Assembly: GCA_951406725.2 (NCBI GenBank)
Contig: OX597815.1
Location: 149,482,001 to 149,546,000, forward strand
Reading direction: 5' to 3'
Length of the DNA: 64,000 bases
Source of the DNA: Octopus vulgaris
Lineage: Eukaryota
In this document: piece after piece, positions 13,615-26,655 of the stretch
Layout: every line of letters starts with the position of its first letter
How positions within the stretch are numbered: position 1 is the stretch's first letter
Program-made: the position numbers and the translations under genes
The notes under the pieces: model-generated
Databases searched by the model: none
What the model was told of the DNA's origin: nothing
Seen by the model: only the letters and a program-made list of their open reading frames with translations

Positions 13615-14157
13615 GAGTGAGGGAACAGTGCATGCCATCAAAGTGAAACTGGTGTAAAATATACGAAGCCCAGTATACCCATCATGACTACCAGTCTGAT
13701 AAGGGTACACTAGGCACATGCTTCGCAACCATTTGTGCGCGACATGGTGATCTCATATCAAGAGAAACAGCGCATGACCTTGCAGGTGGGGCCCTGTTAG
13801 AATTATCTTTTGGTCGAGTAACCCATTCCGCTCAAAAGGTCCCTGAATAAGGATTGTTTAAGGATGTAGAACGAAACACTCATGTTTCCAAAAGTGAATC
13901 ATTAAAATCCCAAAGAATCCCACTCAATGCATGGCTATGTTGCTCCCCCACTACTTCGGTTTGTGATCATCAGCCACTAAGAGACATGGTCAACTGGTTA
14001 AGATCAAACAACTGACAAGCAAATCTGTGATATTGAGCAGAATATTTGATCTAGCCCATCTTTTATACAAAGATAAAACAATGTACATGAGAGAACTTCC
14101 AATTAGTTAAGATCAGAAGCCACGAGAGCCACCGCCTGATACTGCATCAGGGCATTT
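13615..14157 (-). mobile_element. Element C (~560-bp (AAT)n-tailed non-autonomous retroposon)
   Basis: Reverse complement of 43011-43569, with a (TTA)n tract at 13553-13613 as its tail. Confidence 0.9.
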
Positions 14158-14636
14158 TTTAGACATATATCATCTCGAAAGAGTCCAGAAGCTGGCTATC
14201 CGCATGGTTCTTGGTCTCAAGCATTTGTCTTATGAAGAAAGGATGAAGACGCTCGACCTTTATTCTCTAGAAAAACGACGACGCCGTGGTGATCTCATTC
14301 TTGCTCACAACATTATAAGCGGAGAGTGTAACCTCTCGAAAGAGCTGTTCTTCACTCCTGCTCCAGAGCGTCGGCTGCGGAATCACTCCGAAAATCTCTA
14401 TCTGCGACGATTTCATCTCAATCAAAGGAGAGGGGCTTTCTCCGTCCGGGTTGCGGATCCTTGGAATAAGCTGCCGGACGAGATAGTGAAGATGCCAACG
14501 ACCGCTCGGTTCAAAGTCTCTCTTGACCAGAAATAGCCTGAACTCTTTGCATGATCACTCTGTACATAACTCCATGTCCCCCTACATAGTCTTGCTTTTT
14601 GCTTTTTGAACCAAAAAATTAACTTAACTTAACTTA
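14158..14636 (+). mobile_element. CR1-clade LINE 3' end (ORF2 C-terminus plus 3' UTR)
   Basis: LERVQKLAIRMVLGLKHLSYEERMKTLDLYSLEKRRRRGDLI...FSVRVADPWNKLP; (AACTT)n tail. Confidence 0.9.
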
Positions 14637-14730
14637 TTATTATTATTATTATTATTATTATGGCTGTTTTTGTCATTATTATTACCCTGTTGGTACTTCA
14701 ATTCATTGATCTCGTAAAGGTGAAGGACAA

Positions 14731-15085
14731 CTGCGTGGCACGTTGGGCAAGTGTATTCTATTATAGCCTCGCGTCGACTAAAGCCTTGAGAGGGGATTAG
14801 GCAGACGGAAACAGAAAGAAGCCCGTCGTATATATGTATATGTATATATATATATGTGTGTGCGTATGTGTGTGTGTGTGTGTGCCTGTGTTTGTTCCCT
14901 CAACGTTGCTTAGCAACCGATGCTGGTGTGTTTACGTCCCCGTTACCTAGCGGTTCGGCAAAAGGAACCGATAGAATAAGTACTAGGCTTACAAAGAATA
15001 AGTCCTGGGGCCGATTTGTTCGATTAAAGGCGGTGCCACAGCATGGCTACAGTCAAATTACTGAAACAAGTAAAAGAGTAAAAGA
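14731..15085 (+). mobile_element. SINE family A, 5'-truncated
   Basis: Matches the 6907-7310 body and tail. Confidence 0.9.
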
Positions 15086-16290
15086 GCACTATATGATAAC
15101 ATTTTTGTGTAGTTCGACAATCACTATCTCACTTCCCGTAACTTTCAGCCTTATATAGCAGTGTATGAGTTGCGTCGAGTACGCTAATTCAAGAGAAACG
15201 TGATGCTTTATACCATCAGCGTGGTAGTTGGTTAGGGTTTCAGTAGTATTTGTTTCAATCCGATTTTGTCCTTCATTTCACATTCACTAAAGATATTCCT
15301 ACAACTGCAGTAGAGGTTTAAAATAAGACATCACATCACTAAAATTATTGTCTATAAGCTGTTAATGAAGAATGGGTACCTACCCTTAAAATTTCATTAT
15401 ACGATTCCAACATTAGTCTCACACTAAACATCACACGCAATTTTGTAATTAATTTCTGCAGACTCTGACTTTTGACGCAGAATATATTGACTAAAATCTA
15501 ATGCTATATGAAATAGAACGTTGGCTTTTAGTCTTTATTCTAGAAATATTTTAGACTTTTTGCATTTATTTTTAAATATAAATAAAGAAGAAGAAACCGA
15601 AATTCTGTTATGAGGGGAAAAGTTCCATTGTGCCAAATATTAAATTGTGTCCTTGCTTATGGCAATATCCATTCCATGAAAATAGGTGGTTTCAGTCAAA
15701 TGTGAAAAAGTAATTTTCTTCCCCTTTTTCCTTTAATATAAATTGTGTTTCATTCAGCAAAAAAATGTTGTACAAGAACATATAAACATGGGTGAGTTTG
15801 TGCGTGCGGTGTGTGTGTGTGTGAGAGAGAGAGAGAGACAGAGAGAAAGAGAGAGACAGAGAGAGAGAGAGAGAGTGTGTGTGTGTGTGTGTGTGTGTGT
15901 GATTCATTCGAAGAGCAGTGTCAATCTCCTCTCTGGACGAGTAAAAATTATTCTAATCATTCTGATTTCTGATTTACAGCTTTGAAAGAAGTTTTGAATT
16001 ATTTAGCAATAGTGTGATGCATCTCGTGAGGAAGAACCGAAAATATTTTATTTGTTTGTCGGTTTCTATGATTATTATTATTATTATTACTATTATTATT
16101 ATTGAGTGGATGTATATAGACGCAAGAGTGGGTGTGTGGTAAGTAGCTTGCTTACCAACACATGATTCCGGGTTCAGTCTCACTGCCTGGCACCTTGGTC
16201 AAGTGTCTTCTACTATAGCGTCGGTCCGACCAAAGCCTTGTGAGTGGATTTGGTAGACGGAAACTAAAAGAAACCCGTCGTATATATATA

Positions 16291-16349
<59 letters not shown>

Positions 16350-16360
16350 ACATATATATA

Positions 16361-17142
16361 TATCAAACTAAAATTATTGAGCAAACAAATGCAAGGTCAT
16401 CCGCATATCATTTCATAATTCGAACATTTAATCATAGAATATACATATAAACATCCCGCAAGATAGAACATAATTCGTAAGCATATAATAATAATAAGAT
16501 GCGAGAAAAAAAATTTCTTCATCAAAGTTTAGAGTTAATAGGAAAGCAAACAACATTGTGCGGGCTTGGTAGGTGATGCTGTCTATCTTTATATTTATAT
16601 ATTTTTTTCCCCTGACGAAGGAGGTATTATCTGGATGTACCCTAGTGCTTTAAATATAATACACCCCTGAAATGGCCATAGGGATAAGTAAATATGGTTC
16701 CCTTCTTAACTATACGGCTTCTTTTACCTGAATAATTATTTAATAAGATTTCTAAACGATGAACTTTTATTTTATTTACATGATATATATTATATATTTT
16801 TTATATGCTCCTATATGTGTATATATATATATATATATATACATGTTTTATATATTTTTATATACCTATATATTTTTATATATTACTTATATTATATTTT
16901 TACTTTCTACGTCTTTTTAAAAAATGTATTTTTTCTGAATCGCTAAAATATTAACTCTAAACTTTGATGAAGAAAATTTTTTTGTCGCACCTAATTATTA
17001 TTATATGCTTGTCTGCTTATACAGATGAATTATGTTCCATCTTGCGGGATGTTTATATGTATATTCTATGATTAAATGTTCGAATTATGAAATGATATGC
17101 GGATGACCTTGCATTTGTTTGTTCAATAAGTTTAGTTTGATA
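16361..17142. mobile_element. Foldback element with ~180-bp inverted arms (16361-16540 / 16949-17142) and a central hammerhead
   Basis: Arms are reverse complements with one ~14-bp indel. Inserted in (TA)n. Confidence 0.9.
16608..16684 (+). ncRNA. Type I hammerhead ribozyme motif, canonical core, palindromic stem III (dimer type)
   Basis: tccc-CTGACGA-aggaggtattat..ataatacacccct-GAAA-TGGCCA-TA^ggga; predicted cleavage after 16680. Confidence 0.85.
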
Positions 17143-17442
17143 TTTTTGTCTCTTTCAATAGAGCACTTCTATAGCAGTCCTATTAATCATTTTGTTCCTG
17201 ACAAGAAACAATCACTGTATTATTGATATTGATATATATATATGTTTGTTTGTCCCCGCAACATCGCTTCTCAACCGATGCTGGTGTGTTTACGACCGCG
17301 TAAATTAGCGGTTCGGCAAAAGTGGCTGATAGAATAAGTCCTAGAGTCGATTTGCTCGACGAAAGGCTGTGCTCCAGCATGGCCGCAGTGAAATGATTGA
17401 AACAAGTAAAATATTAAAATAGTATTATTATTATTATTATTT

Positions 17443-17652
17443 AGGCGGCGAGCTGGTAGGATTGTTAACACGCCGGGCAAAATGCTTAGAGGAATTTCGT
17501 CTGTCCTAACGTTCTGAGTTCTAATTTCGCCGAGGTCGACTTTACTTCATTTCAAGTCGATAAAATAAGCACCAGTGAAACAATGATGTCGATGTAAACG
17601 ACACATACATTTTCCCCCAAACAGTTGCCCTTCTGGAAAAATTGAAACCATT
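17443..17652 (+). mobile_element. tRNA-derived SINE family B, near full length
   Basis: aggcggcgagctgg head, B-box-like gagttctaattt, (TTA)n flanks, multiple copies in the window. Confidence 0.85.
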
Positions 17653-18189
17653 ATTATTATTATTATTATTAATATTATTATTATTATTATTTTCATTATT
17701 ATTATAGCGTTTATCCTATAGCTGCCGCATTATGCATCATATGGAACACATATGTGAATCAGCTACTAAGAAATAGGTATTAATTCTCGTGGTGCGTTTG
17801 GTTGGCACCCGTATTTTCTAGAGCTTTTACCATAAGGTCAACCACATATAAGTGTTAGAGCTACGAATTAACCAATTGTATGCGCTGTTGGATTTAAGCG
17901 ATTTCACTCAGTGACTATATAGTTATAAGTGCTTTTTCATGTTCTTCTTAAAATAACATTTCAAGTTCCTTACTGCGGCCACGCTCATCATTGTAAATTA
18001 GAAACATCATGCACACATTTTAAGGGCATGGAAATTTGCTCCCTTTTCGATTTATAAAATGCCAACACTGCAATGCATCATTTTATGTGTTGTTTTATCA
18101 TTTTAGTTTGTTGAATATGTTAGGAAACGTAACGATGTAAATAAAAAATACAAACGCATACTTGATAAACGGTAGTTGAGACTAAATTT

Positions 18190-18436
18190 GGTAGGAATTT
18201 CGTCGATAAATACATAGCGTTGACAATCACGGAGTGGGTTATGGATAAACGTAACGTATTTTAGACGACGGTGAATATATGTGTGAGTGTATGTATTTGT
18301 TTATTATGTGATCGACGAAGCTATTGGATGTTGTTATACATCGTTGGTCTCAATGCATTTTGCATCGTTTTGCCTATTGAATGACGCCACAACACGAGCA
18401 GGTCAACGCTATGTATTTATCGACGAAATTCCTACC
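18190..18436. mobile_element. MITE with perfect 35-bp TIRs
   Basis: ggtaggaatttcgtcgataaatacatagcgttgac (18190-18224) is the exact reverse complement of 18402-18436. Confidence 0.85.
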
Positions 18437-18535
18437 CTTGATTGGAGGGCTAGTCCGTCGCCGGGTTACCCATTTACAGTTGAGTGGCCCGGAGTAAAGT
18501 GGAATGGAGTGTTTTGTTCATAAACATAGCGCGCG

Positions 18536-18578
<43 letters not shown>

Positions 18579-18969
18579 AATTAAGGGTTTAGCAAAGAGT
18601 TGCTTAACCACATACCAAAAAATTTTTAAATAGCAGCCAAAAAGCCATTATTTCTTTTCGCTACAAAATATGACTCCACAGACAACCCTCTCTGTAAATC
18701 ACACAGGTAAAAAAACAGAAGGAAAATGAAATCAAACAGTCTTCGTTAATTATGGACGCGTTTCTGGATTAGAGTTATAAAACTTATTTCCTTATAAACA
18801 TAATATTCCTATAGTTATAAATTAAAAAATGCTAGAAAACTTACCCTTTGCATTTCTGACCAAGCGACATCAAAACACTACACAAGGTAGTTAGCATATC
18901 CGAATTTACATAGACGAATGAAATTCATATTTGCCACCAATTCCTACACCATGTGGGTCACAAGACAGT

Positions 18970-19013
<44 letters not shown>

Positions 19014-19144
19014 ATTTTTAAATAAATATGGTGAAAAATTGAATATTAATTTTAATGTTATTAATTGAATAGAACTATATGCATGTTCAATCTTATGTGG
19101 ACGTCTTGTGTATAGTTCTGCAAATTATATTTTGCTATGACGGC

Positions 19145-19211
19145 CATACTGATGAATTGCAGACATTTAAGTATGTATTACTTAAGTGGTAACAATGAAA
19201 CCGGGTATGTG
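19145..19211 (+). ncRNA. Type I hammerhead ribozyme motif, canonical core, in a short element (~19010-19370) bounded by (TA)n
   Basis: cata-CTGATGA-attg..catttaagta/tacttaagtg..caat-GAAA-ccggg-TA^tgtg. Confidence 0.75.
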
Positions 19212-19367
19212 ATTAATCTTTATATTTTGTTTCTTTTCATTTGTCTTGCTCGCTTACGTTCTGGCGTTTGTTGAATTTTCTTGAGAACAATCTTTTCTTA
19301 GTGGTCAGACCATATGGGATCCACATCTAGCATACTGGATGTCCACTTAGTGTTCATCCCTCATAAT

Positions 19368-19440
<73 letters not shown>

Positions 19441-19882
19441 ATAACATTTATCCGTTACGTTTTTGAGAAAAACCCTTCATTCCACTATATAAAAATATAT
19501 AAACTCAGGTGTCGAAACCATAATGATATCCGTGGGACAGCTGATGATGAAGATATGTTAGATTGTTGGTATGGCTGTTGTTGTATATGTGGAATAGTAT
19601 ATAATGCATTATTTTGATATATATACAGTGAGAAAGAGAGGGGAGAGAGAGATAGAAAGCGAGAGAGAGAGAGAGACATAGAGAGAGAAACAGAGAAAAG
19701 AAAGAAAGAAAGAAAATACGAAATAAAAGTTCGGAAAGTATGCAAAAAGATTATAAGTGCAGTTAGGGGCAGGTTGGAATGCGTTCCTTTAAAGTAGTTA
19801 ATAATGGACGAGCAGGGTGTGTGCAAGTATAAAGAGTATCTATGAAAAACGGTATTTATAGTGTATGTGTGTAGGGATTTGG

Positions 19883-19929
<47 letters not shown>

Positions 19930-22667
19930 CGTATGTATGTATTCACGCCTGTAAGAATGTGCACACACACACACATGTATGTATGTATATATATGTATGT
20001 ATGCATATATATTATATATAAGAATTAGAACGGCGATATGAATATGAGTCGCACATATTTGACATAAAATTTGCGCTGCATGACATTATAATCACTCTGA
20101 GTTGTCTTTACTTGTTCTTGTGGAAAACGCTAGGGCGCACCATGTTTTCCTTTCTCACTGAGTTAGCGTTGTTTCCCTTTCTTTTAGTGTATCACCAATT
20201 GCATTCATGACTTTATAAACCACAAGTCATACTCTATAATTAACGACTTTTATGTTCTCTGAATAAGCGTCAGCAGCGCATGAAATCCACTCCAAGTCAG
20301 ACACTGACATGCACATCTCTCTCCGCAATCGATTATTGTCCAAGAGTTGTACGATAGACACATTTCAGGATAAATTACGCAGTTGCGCAGAGTTATTAAT
20401 TTACTCTTCTCACTAAAATTTTACCCACGCACATCAACTTCCAGAGCGTCTATAGAGCTATGATCCTCACATTGGATATAGTGAATTGTCTTAGTCAAAT
20501 AGTCCCACCTATGTAGTTAATCTAACGGGATATCTATTTGTAACAAAACCATCCCAGTACATATCGTTCTGTTTCTGATCTATATATAACACAAGACACT
20601 TCTATAAATAGCCCAGACCTTAGGACGTAGTGATCTCTTGGGTATTTATTAGATATCATATTAAAAGTAGATATGAATAATGATTGTTAACAAACGATAA
20701 TTAATCTCTACAAAACAAAATTACATTCATTGTTAATAGGGTAAACTGTTGTGGTTACAATATTCTTTCATAGTTTGTTAATGGGCAATTAATTATTGTC
20801 TATATTGATTAACTTTAATATAATGGTTGTAAAGTTATTAGATATTTCCTATAAAGTTATAACTTACATAGTTTAATTTAATGACACTTAAGCCAACACC
20901 ACCATCAGTCAATCAATCAGTGTGTGTGTGTTTATATGTGTGCATATCTACATGTATACGTCTACGTATGTTTATGCATATCTGTGTAAGTGAAGGTGTA
21001 TGTGTGTGTACATTTATATTTACTATGTAATTAGACAATAGATGAATTAAACGAACCTCGGAAACAAATGAAGAGCAGGAGTATTTATTGTTACAGCTAG
21101 CAATTCACATTACGTTATCCCATGCTCGCATTTCCGTTCATAACCCACCATACGAATTTCTTTTTTCTTGTAACGTTTGAAAACTATTTAATACGTAAGT
21201 TTCAGAGTACCATTTCAGGATTGGTATTGATGTAATTAACTACTCATTGCGTCCTGAAATTGCGTTCATTGCCCTAAAAATTGAATCAAATAAATATGTG
21301 CGTCACTATGTACGTGTTTTTGTGTTTGGTTGTCGTAGATGCTAGGTTTTGCATAAATACTGTTCGTTCATAAACCGCATTATAGACAAAATGATATCGC
21401 TAATGAAGTCTCTACTCCACTACTTGCTAATGCATTTAAATTCAAACGTTTTATGTATCATGTTTTCTGGAAAGGATTTATCTTGATATCTATGATATAT
21501 TCATTCATCACCCGTTTGCTTTATATAAGTCACATATATAATTTCACCAGACAAATATCTTCCTCTCACAAGCAACAAATTCTACTCTTTAATGCGAATA
21601 TATAAGAACTGTCAATTCGTATTACAGATAAAATTTTAAACTTTAAACTTGCTAACATTCTACTACATGCTGATTTTCTATGAGAGCAGCCAAAATAACG
21701 AAGTTTAGTAATCCAATTCGTGATTTAACTTGATTCAAAATAACTGTTAATACAACTTCGTCTTACAACTTATTCATCTGTAATAGGAATGTCACGTTTT
21801 TACTGTATAATCAGTGCCTAGAAAACGATGCTATGGGCTGGTTTTACTACTCAGGTGATAGATATTCTTACTAGATATTTTAATTAGAATGATTGAAGTG
21901 ACGCTAAAAGGAATAATAAAATTCAAGATGTCTAGTAAAATCAGTTGGATAAGTTTTTTATGAAATACGCCTTTAAAATACATTTCAGTACACCATTACA
22001 TCATGACATTTGAATATGATTGAAACGGCACAAATTTACCCTCGGTGGTCAAAAACCTTGCCGAATTCCATTTTTAGTTCCCCTTGCAGATTATAATAGA
22101 ATATGTTTATTACTTTATTGACCCAGGTTACCAGTGACTGTATTTTATATAGGTTAGAAGGAAAGTTGTAACTCAGCCCTAAGTTATATACACTACAGTT
22201 ACATGAAGAGCTTCCACTTTTTCTCTGAAAATTAGGTAATATTTCTATGATGAAATTTATTTAAGTTCATAACCTTACGATTTTGCTCCCCAATTTCGTC
22301 ATCTTGGGCATCTACCTATTGTTGTGAATGATGTGGTCCAATATTTTATTGTCGTGCATTATTGTACTATTTCTTCTGACGTTTATCTGTGTTGACATTT
22401 GATATAAATTCTACAACTAGATATCCTTTAATGACCAAAGCATAAGAAAGCTGGATATTGCTTGTAGCCATATTGATATCTATTTTCAGAGATTTATCGA
22501 CAATGTTTACAAACCACGAGAATTCAACATGCTTTGCAGCACTTGCGTTGCGAATAATGTTTTCATTTGTGGTCTGGTATCGAATGAGGTACGGGTAAGA
22601 TACATTAATCGATAATATAAGCATCTGAACACCCAAAAGTAATTGTCTTCGTTTGATAGAAATTTCC

Positions 22668-23066
22668 TCTCTTTTACTCTTTTACTTGTTTCAGTCATTT
22701 GACTATAGCCATGCTGGAGCACTGACTTTAGTCGAGGAAATCGACCCCAGGGTTTATTCTTTAAGCGTAGTACTTATTCTATCGGTCTCTTTTGTCGAAT
22801 CGCCGAATTACGCGGACGTAAACACACCAGCATCGATTGTCAAGCGATGTTGGTGGAGCAACAAACAGACACACAAACACATACTTATACATATGCATAT
22901 ATACGACGGGCTTCTTTCAGTTTCCGTCTGCCAAATCCCCTCGCAAGGCCTTGGTCGGCCGGAGGCTATAGTAGAAGACACTTGCCCAAGGTGCCATGAA
23001 GTGGGACTGAACCCGGAACCATGTTGCTGGGAAGCAAGCTTCTTACCACGTAGCCACTCCTGCGCC
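22668..23066 (-). mobile_element. SINE family A, full length
   Basis: Reverse complement of 6907-7310 including the GGCGCAGGAGTGGCT head. Confidence 0.92.
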
Positions 23067-23202
23067 TGCAAATAATAAATTTGCTTTCGCTATCTCTTTC
23101 AGTATCAAAACATTTATCCTAGGGATATCAACACTAGCAATGTGCGTGGAAGACACAATAGGAACAACGGCAACAATCATTACCAAGAACAGCGCTTCTT
23201 AC

Positions 23203-23572
23203 TGTTGTTGTCGTTGTTGTTGTTGTTGTTGTCGTTGTTGTTGTTGCTGTCGCTGTTGTTGTTGTCGTTGTTGTTGTTGTTGCTGTTGTTGCTGTTGTTG
23301 CCGTTGTTGCTATTGCTGTCACTGCTGTTGTCGTTGTTGTTGTTGTCGTTGGTGTTGTTTCATTGTTGTTTTGTTGTTGTTGTTGTCTGTCGTTGTTGTT
23401 GCAGTTGTTACTGTCAATGTCCTTGTTGTTGTCGTTGTTGTTGCTGTTGTTGTGGTTGTTGTCGTTGTTGTTGTTGTTGTTCTTGTTGACGTTATCGTTG
23501 TTGTTGTTCTTGTTTTTGTCGTCGTTGTTGTTGCTGTTGTTGTCGTCATCGTCGTTGTTGTTGTTGTTGTTA
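23203..23572. repeat. Degenerate (GTT/GTC/GCT)n trinucleotide tract
   Basis: Direct reading; explains the poly-C/V/L/T ORFs. Confidence 0.95.
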
Positions 23573-23849
23573 TATATTGTTATATTGAAACATATATTTG
23601 TATGTGGAATATCCTTCTTTTTTGGATATTTTGGGGTTATTTTGTTGGTTGAGTCGTTTCCTTTTTCTTATAGGTATATTTTTTCGTCTTTTAATTTGCA
23701 TTACTTTTCCTATTTTAAAAGAATTGTAAAAGAAACCAAGCATCGTTTCAATTTTTCTTTTCCATGTTCTTTAATTGACTTTTTAATTTTAGGAGACTAT
23801 ATATGTATGTGTGTGTGTGCGTGTGTGTGTGTGTTTGTGTGTGTGTGTA

Positions 23850-24150
23850 GGCATATGGCCTAGTGATTAGAAAAGCAGACTCGCGGGTTCGAATCTTAGA
23901 TCGAGCGATGTCTTTGTTTATGAGCGAAACACCTAAGCTCCCTGCGGCTCCGGCAGAAGGTAATGGCGAACTTCTGCTGATATTTTCGCCACAACTTTCT
24001 CTCCTCTTTTCTCCTGCATCTTGCAGCTCACCTGCGAGGGACCGGCATCCCGTCCAAGTGGGGAACCTATACGCCAAGGAAACCGGGAAACCGGCCCTAT
24101 GAGCCCTATGAGTCAAGGCATGGTTTGAGAAGGAAGAAACAACAACAAAC
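23850..24150 (+). mobile_element. tRNA-derived SINE family E
   Basis: A box TGGCCTAGTG, B box GGTTCGAATC, conserved-box-like cctgcgagggaccggcatcccgtcca..ggaaaccgg, (ACA)n tail. Confidence 0.8.
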
Positions 24151-24217
<67 letters not shown>

Positions 24218-24449
24218 TCAACAAGAATGAATATTCGTCTCTTCTAATAGAAACAAAAGGATTTATAAGACTGCAAAAAACGTGCTCAAATATAAATGAG
24301 GCGAAGGGTGGGTGGAAAGTAAAAAGGCATTAGAAATTGCTTATAAAATTCTTAGTATCACTGAAATTGTAGCGAAAACATTTTTTAAGAAGACAACAGT
24401 AATGGGAATTGATTAATTTGTTATTGTCTAATCTCTTATTTCTTGTTTT

Positions 24450-24805
24450 GTAGCCGGTCGCTTGACTGTTCAGGACGGAACTAAGACAGTGTGGAATGAA
24501 GTGTGGAATACTATTGTTTTAGTTCAGAGATTGTGGTGTACTGAAATAGGTAATCTTGCAACACTACGTCCGAAGAAAATAAAAAGTTCTCATGCAAATC
24601 TGATGAATACGGTCTCTGGTGAACAATGCAAGAAGAAGTGACAACAGTGCAGGAAATGTTTAATCAACAGGTCAAGCATTTTCAAGCAACTCGTAAAAGT
24701 GGACGAACAAGAAACACATTACGTACGATGTTGCATAAAGAATTGAATATTCGTCCGTGGAAATCTCATTACGTGCAGGAACTAAAACCTGAAGACTGTG
24801 ACCAC
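24450..24805 (+). mobile_element. Decayed Tc1/mariner-superfamily transposase N-terminal fragment (family differs from the adjacent Tc1)
   Basis: LHKELNIRPWKSHYVQELKPEDCD resembles the L.L.PYK...VQEL.P.D linker. Confidence 0.55.
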
Positions 24806-25528
24806 AATCAGAAAACCACTACTTTCAAAAACAAACATTGCAAAGCGTTTAGAGTGGAGTAAAAACCTGTAGAATTGGTCCCTAGAGCAGAGGGAAAATG
24901 TTATTTTCTCAGATGAGTCATCCTTTACCTTATTTCCGACAACCGATTATACATGTGGAGACAGCCAAAAGATGCATTTGACCCAGACTACCTTCTTCCA
25001 ATGACTACCTTCTTCTTGAAAATGGAGGAGGATCTGTGATGATTTGGGTGGCTATATCTTGGAAATCCGCCGACCCAATGGTTTCCCTTTATAGCAGAAT
25101 TAATACTCAAGACTATTTAAGTATTTTATCTTATCTGTTTCCAGAGGGAAACGGAATCTTTCAGGATGATAATGCACCAATTCACACAGCTAAAGTTGTT
25201 ACAGAATGGCACGAGTAACATTCTAGTAAAGATGAACATCGTTTCTGGCCACTACAGTCCCAAGACCTCAATATTATTGAACATTTATGGAGCATTCTAG
25301 AAAAACATGTAAGGATTCGGTATCCTCCACCATCATCATTACAAGAACCGGAAACTGTTTCAGCTGAAGAATAGACAAAGATTCCTTTGGAAGCAATTCA
25401 AACTCTGTACGAGATTATATCTCGAAGAATTCAAGCTGTAATTACAACGAAAAGCGGTCCTACCCAATATTAAAATAAAATTGTTTGAAATTTTAAGGTG
25501 TTTCCAGTATTTTGTCCAACCCTTGTAT
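24806..25528 (+). mobile_element. Tc1-like (DD34E) transposase pseudogene with right TIR
   Basis: RKPLLSK..KRLEW..VIFSDES..GGSVMIW..IFQDDNAPIH..WPLQSQDLNIIEHLW..RRIQAVI..GPTQY*; ends gtccaacccttgTA. Confidence 0.92.
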
Positions 25529-25531
25529 GTG

Positions 25532-25535
<4 letters not shown>

Positions 25536-25593
<58 letters not shown>

Positions 25594-25680
25594 ATGTGTG
25601 TATGTGTGTGTGTATGTATGTATATATATATATGAATATATACATATATATATGTATATATGTATATATATATGTATATA

Positions 25681-25776
<96 letters not shown>
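25536..25776. repeat. (TA)n/(TG)n compound microsatellite
   Basis: Direct reading. Confidence 0.95.
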
Positions 25777-25778
<2 letters not shown>

Positions 25779-25850
25779 CATATTAAATACAATGAGACAA
25801 GAAAACCAAGGTTGTGTGGAGTTTTAAGGACCTCTATAAGGAGAATTTTA

Positions 25851-25898
25851 ATCCTACAGCTGTTACTGGGATATTAGGGATATCCCTTCATCAGAGAC
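25851..25898 (-). ncRNA. Hammerhead motif with GAAA->GUAA mutation
   Basis: gtct-CTGATGA-a-gggatat/atatccc-a-GTAA-CAGCTG-TA^ggat. Confidence 0.65.
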
Positions 25899-26240
25899 GA
25901 CGTGAGGAGGTCAATTAGAAATAATGGAATTTAATATAAGGAGCTATTTTGGAAAAGGATGGAGAAAAAATAAAAAATATATGTAGGATGTTATACTTGC
26001 AGTTCCACAGTCCAAGGAAATGGTATGTAGAGTTTGGGTAAATGCTTTATGTAAATTTCGAAATGAGTTCGTATTTTGCCATTACAAATGGAATATGTAG
26101 AGTCATAGATTCCATGCGTTCTTCATTCAAAGGAGACTTGTGAAGTGAATCACATTTTGAGAATTCTTTTTTCCAACCTTTTCCAAAATAACTCCTTGTA
26201 TTAAACTCTACTATTTTCCCGTATTTAAACTCTTCACCTC

Positions 26241-26288
26241 GTCTCTGATGAAGGGGTATCGTGAATATCCCAGAAACAGGTATAAGAC
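26241..26288 (+). ncRNA. Minimal type I hammerhead motif
   Basis: gtct-CTGATGA-a-ggggtat/atatccc-a-GAAA-caggta-TA^agac. Confidence 0.75.
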
Positions 26289-26607
26289 TAACTTTCTCCT
26301 TATAAACATACTGAAATTTCTACCCAGCCATAGCTTTGTTGTCTCATTTTATTTAGCATATATAGGCGCATATATGACCTGCATTAGACTCTTCACTCGT
26401 ACCATTATCGTACCGAGAGTTTAACTGCATAGCCTTACCATCTACCTTGGGTTTTCTGCATATCAATACCCCTCCCTCTCTCTCTGTCTCTCTCTCTCAC
26501 ACACACACATATATATAGTTTTCCTCTATATTCCCTATCTCCCCCTTTTCCATAATATTTCCTCAATTCAAACTCTCATTTTTACCTCTATTTAACCATC
26601 TCATATC

Positions 26608-26655
26608 GTCTCTGATGAAGGAATATCCATAATATTCCAGAAACAGGTTTAAGAA
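26608..26655 (+). ncRNA. Minimal type I hammerhead motif
   Basis: gtct-CTGATGA-a-ggaatat/atattcc-a-GAAA-caggtt-TA^agaa. Confidence 0.7.

Larger units (their letters stand above)
16119..17412 (+). mobile_element. SINE family A split by a nested insertion (head 16119-16281, tail 17241-17412)
   Basis: Head and tail are collinear with intact copies. The insertion lies in the internal (TA)n. Confidence 0.85.
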
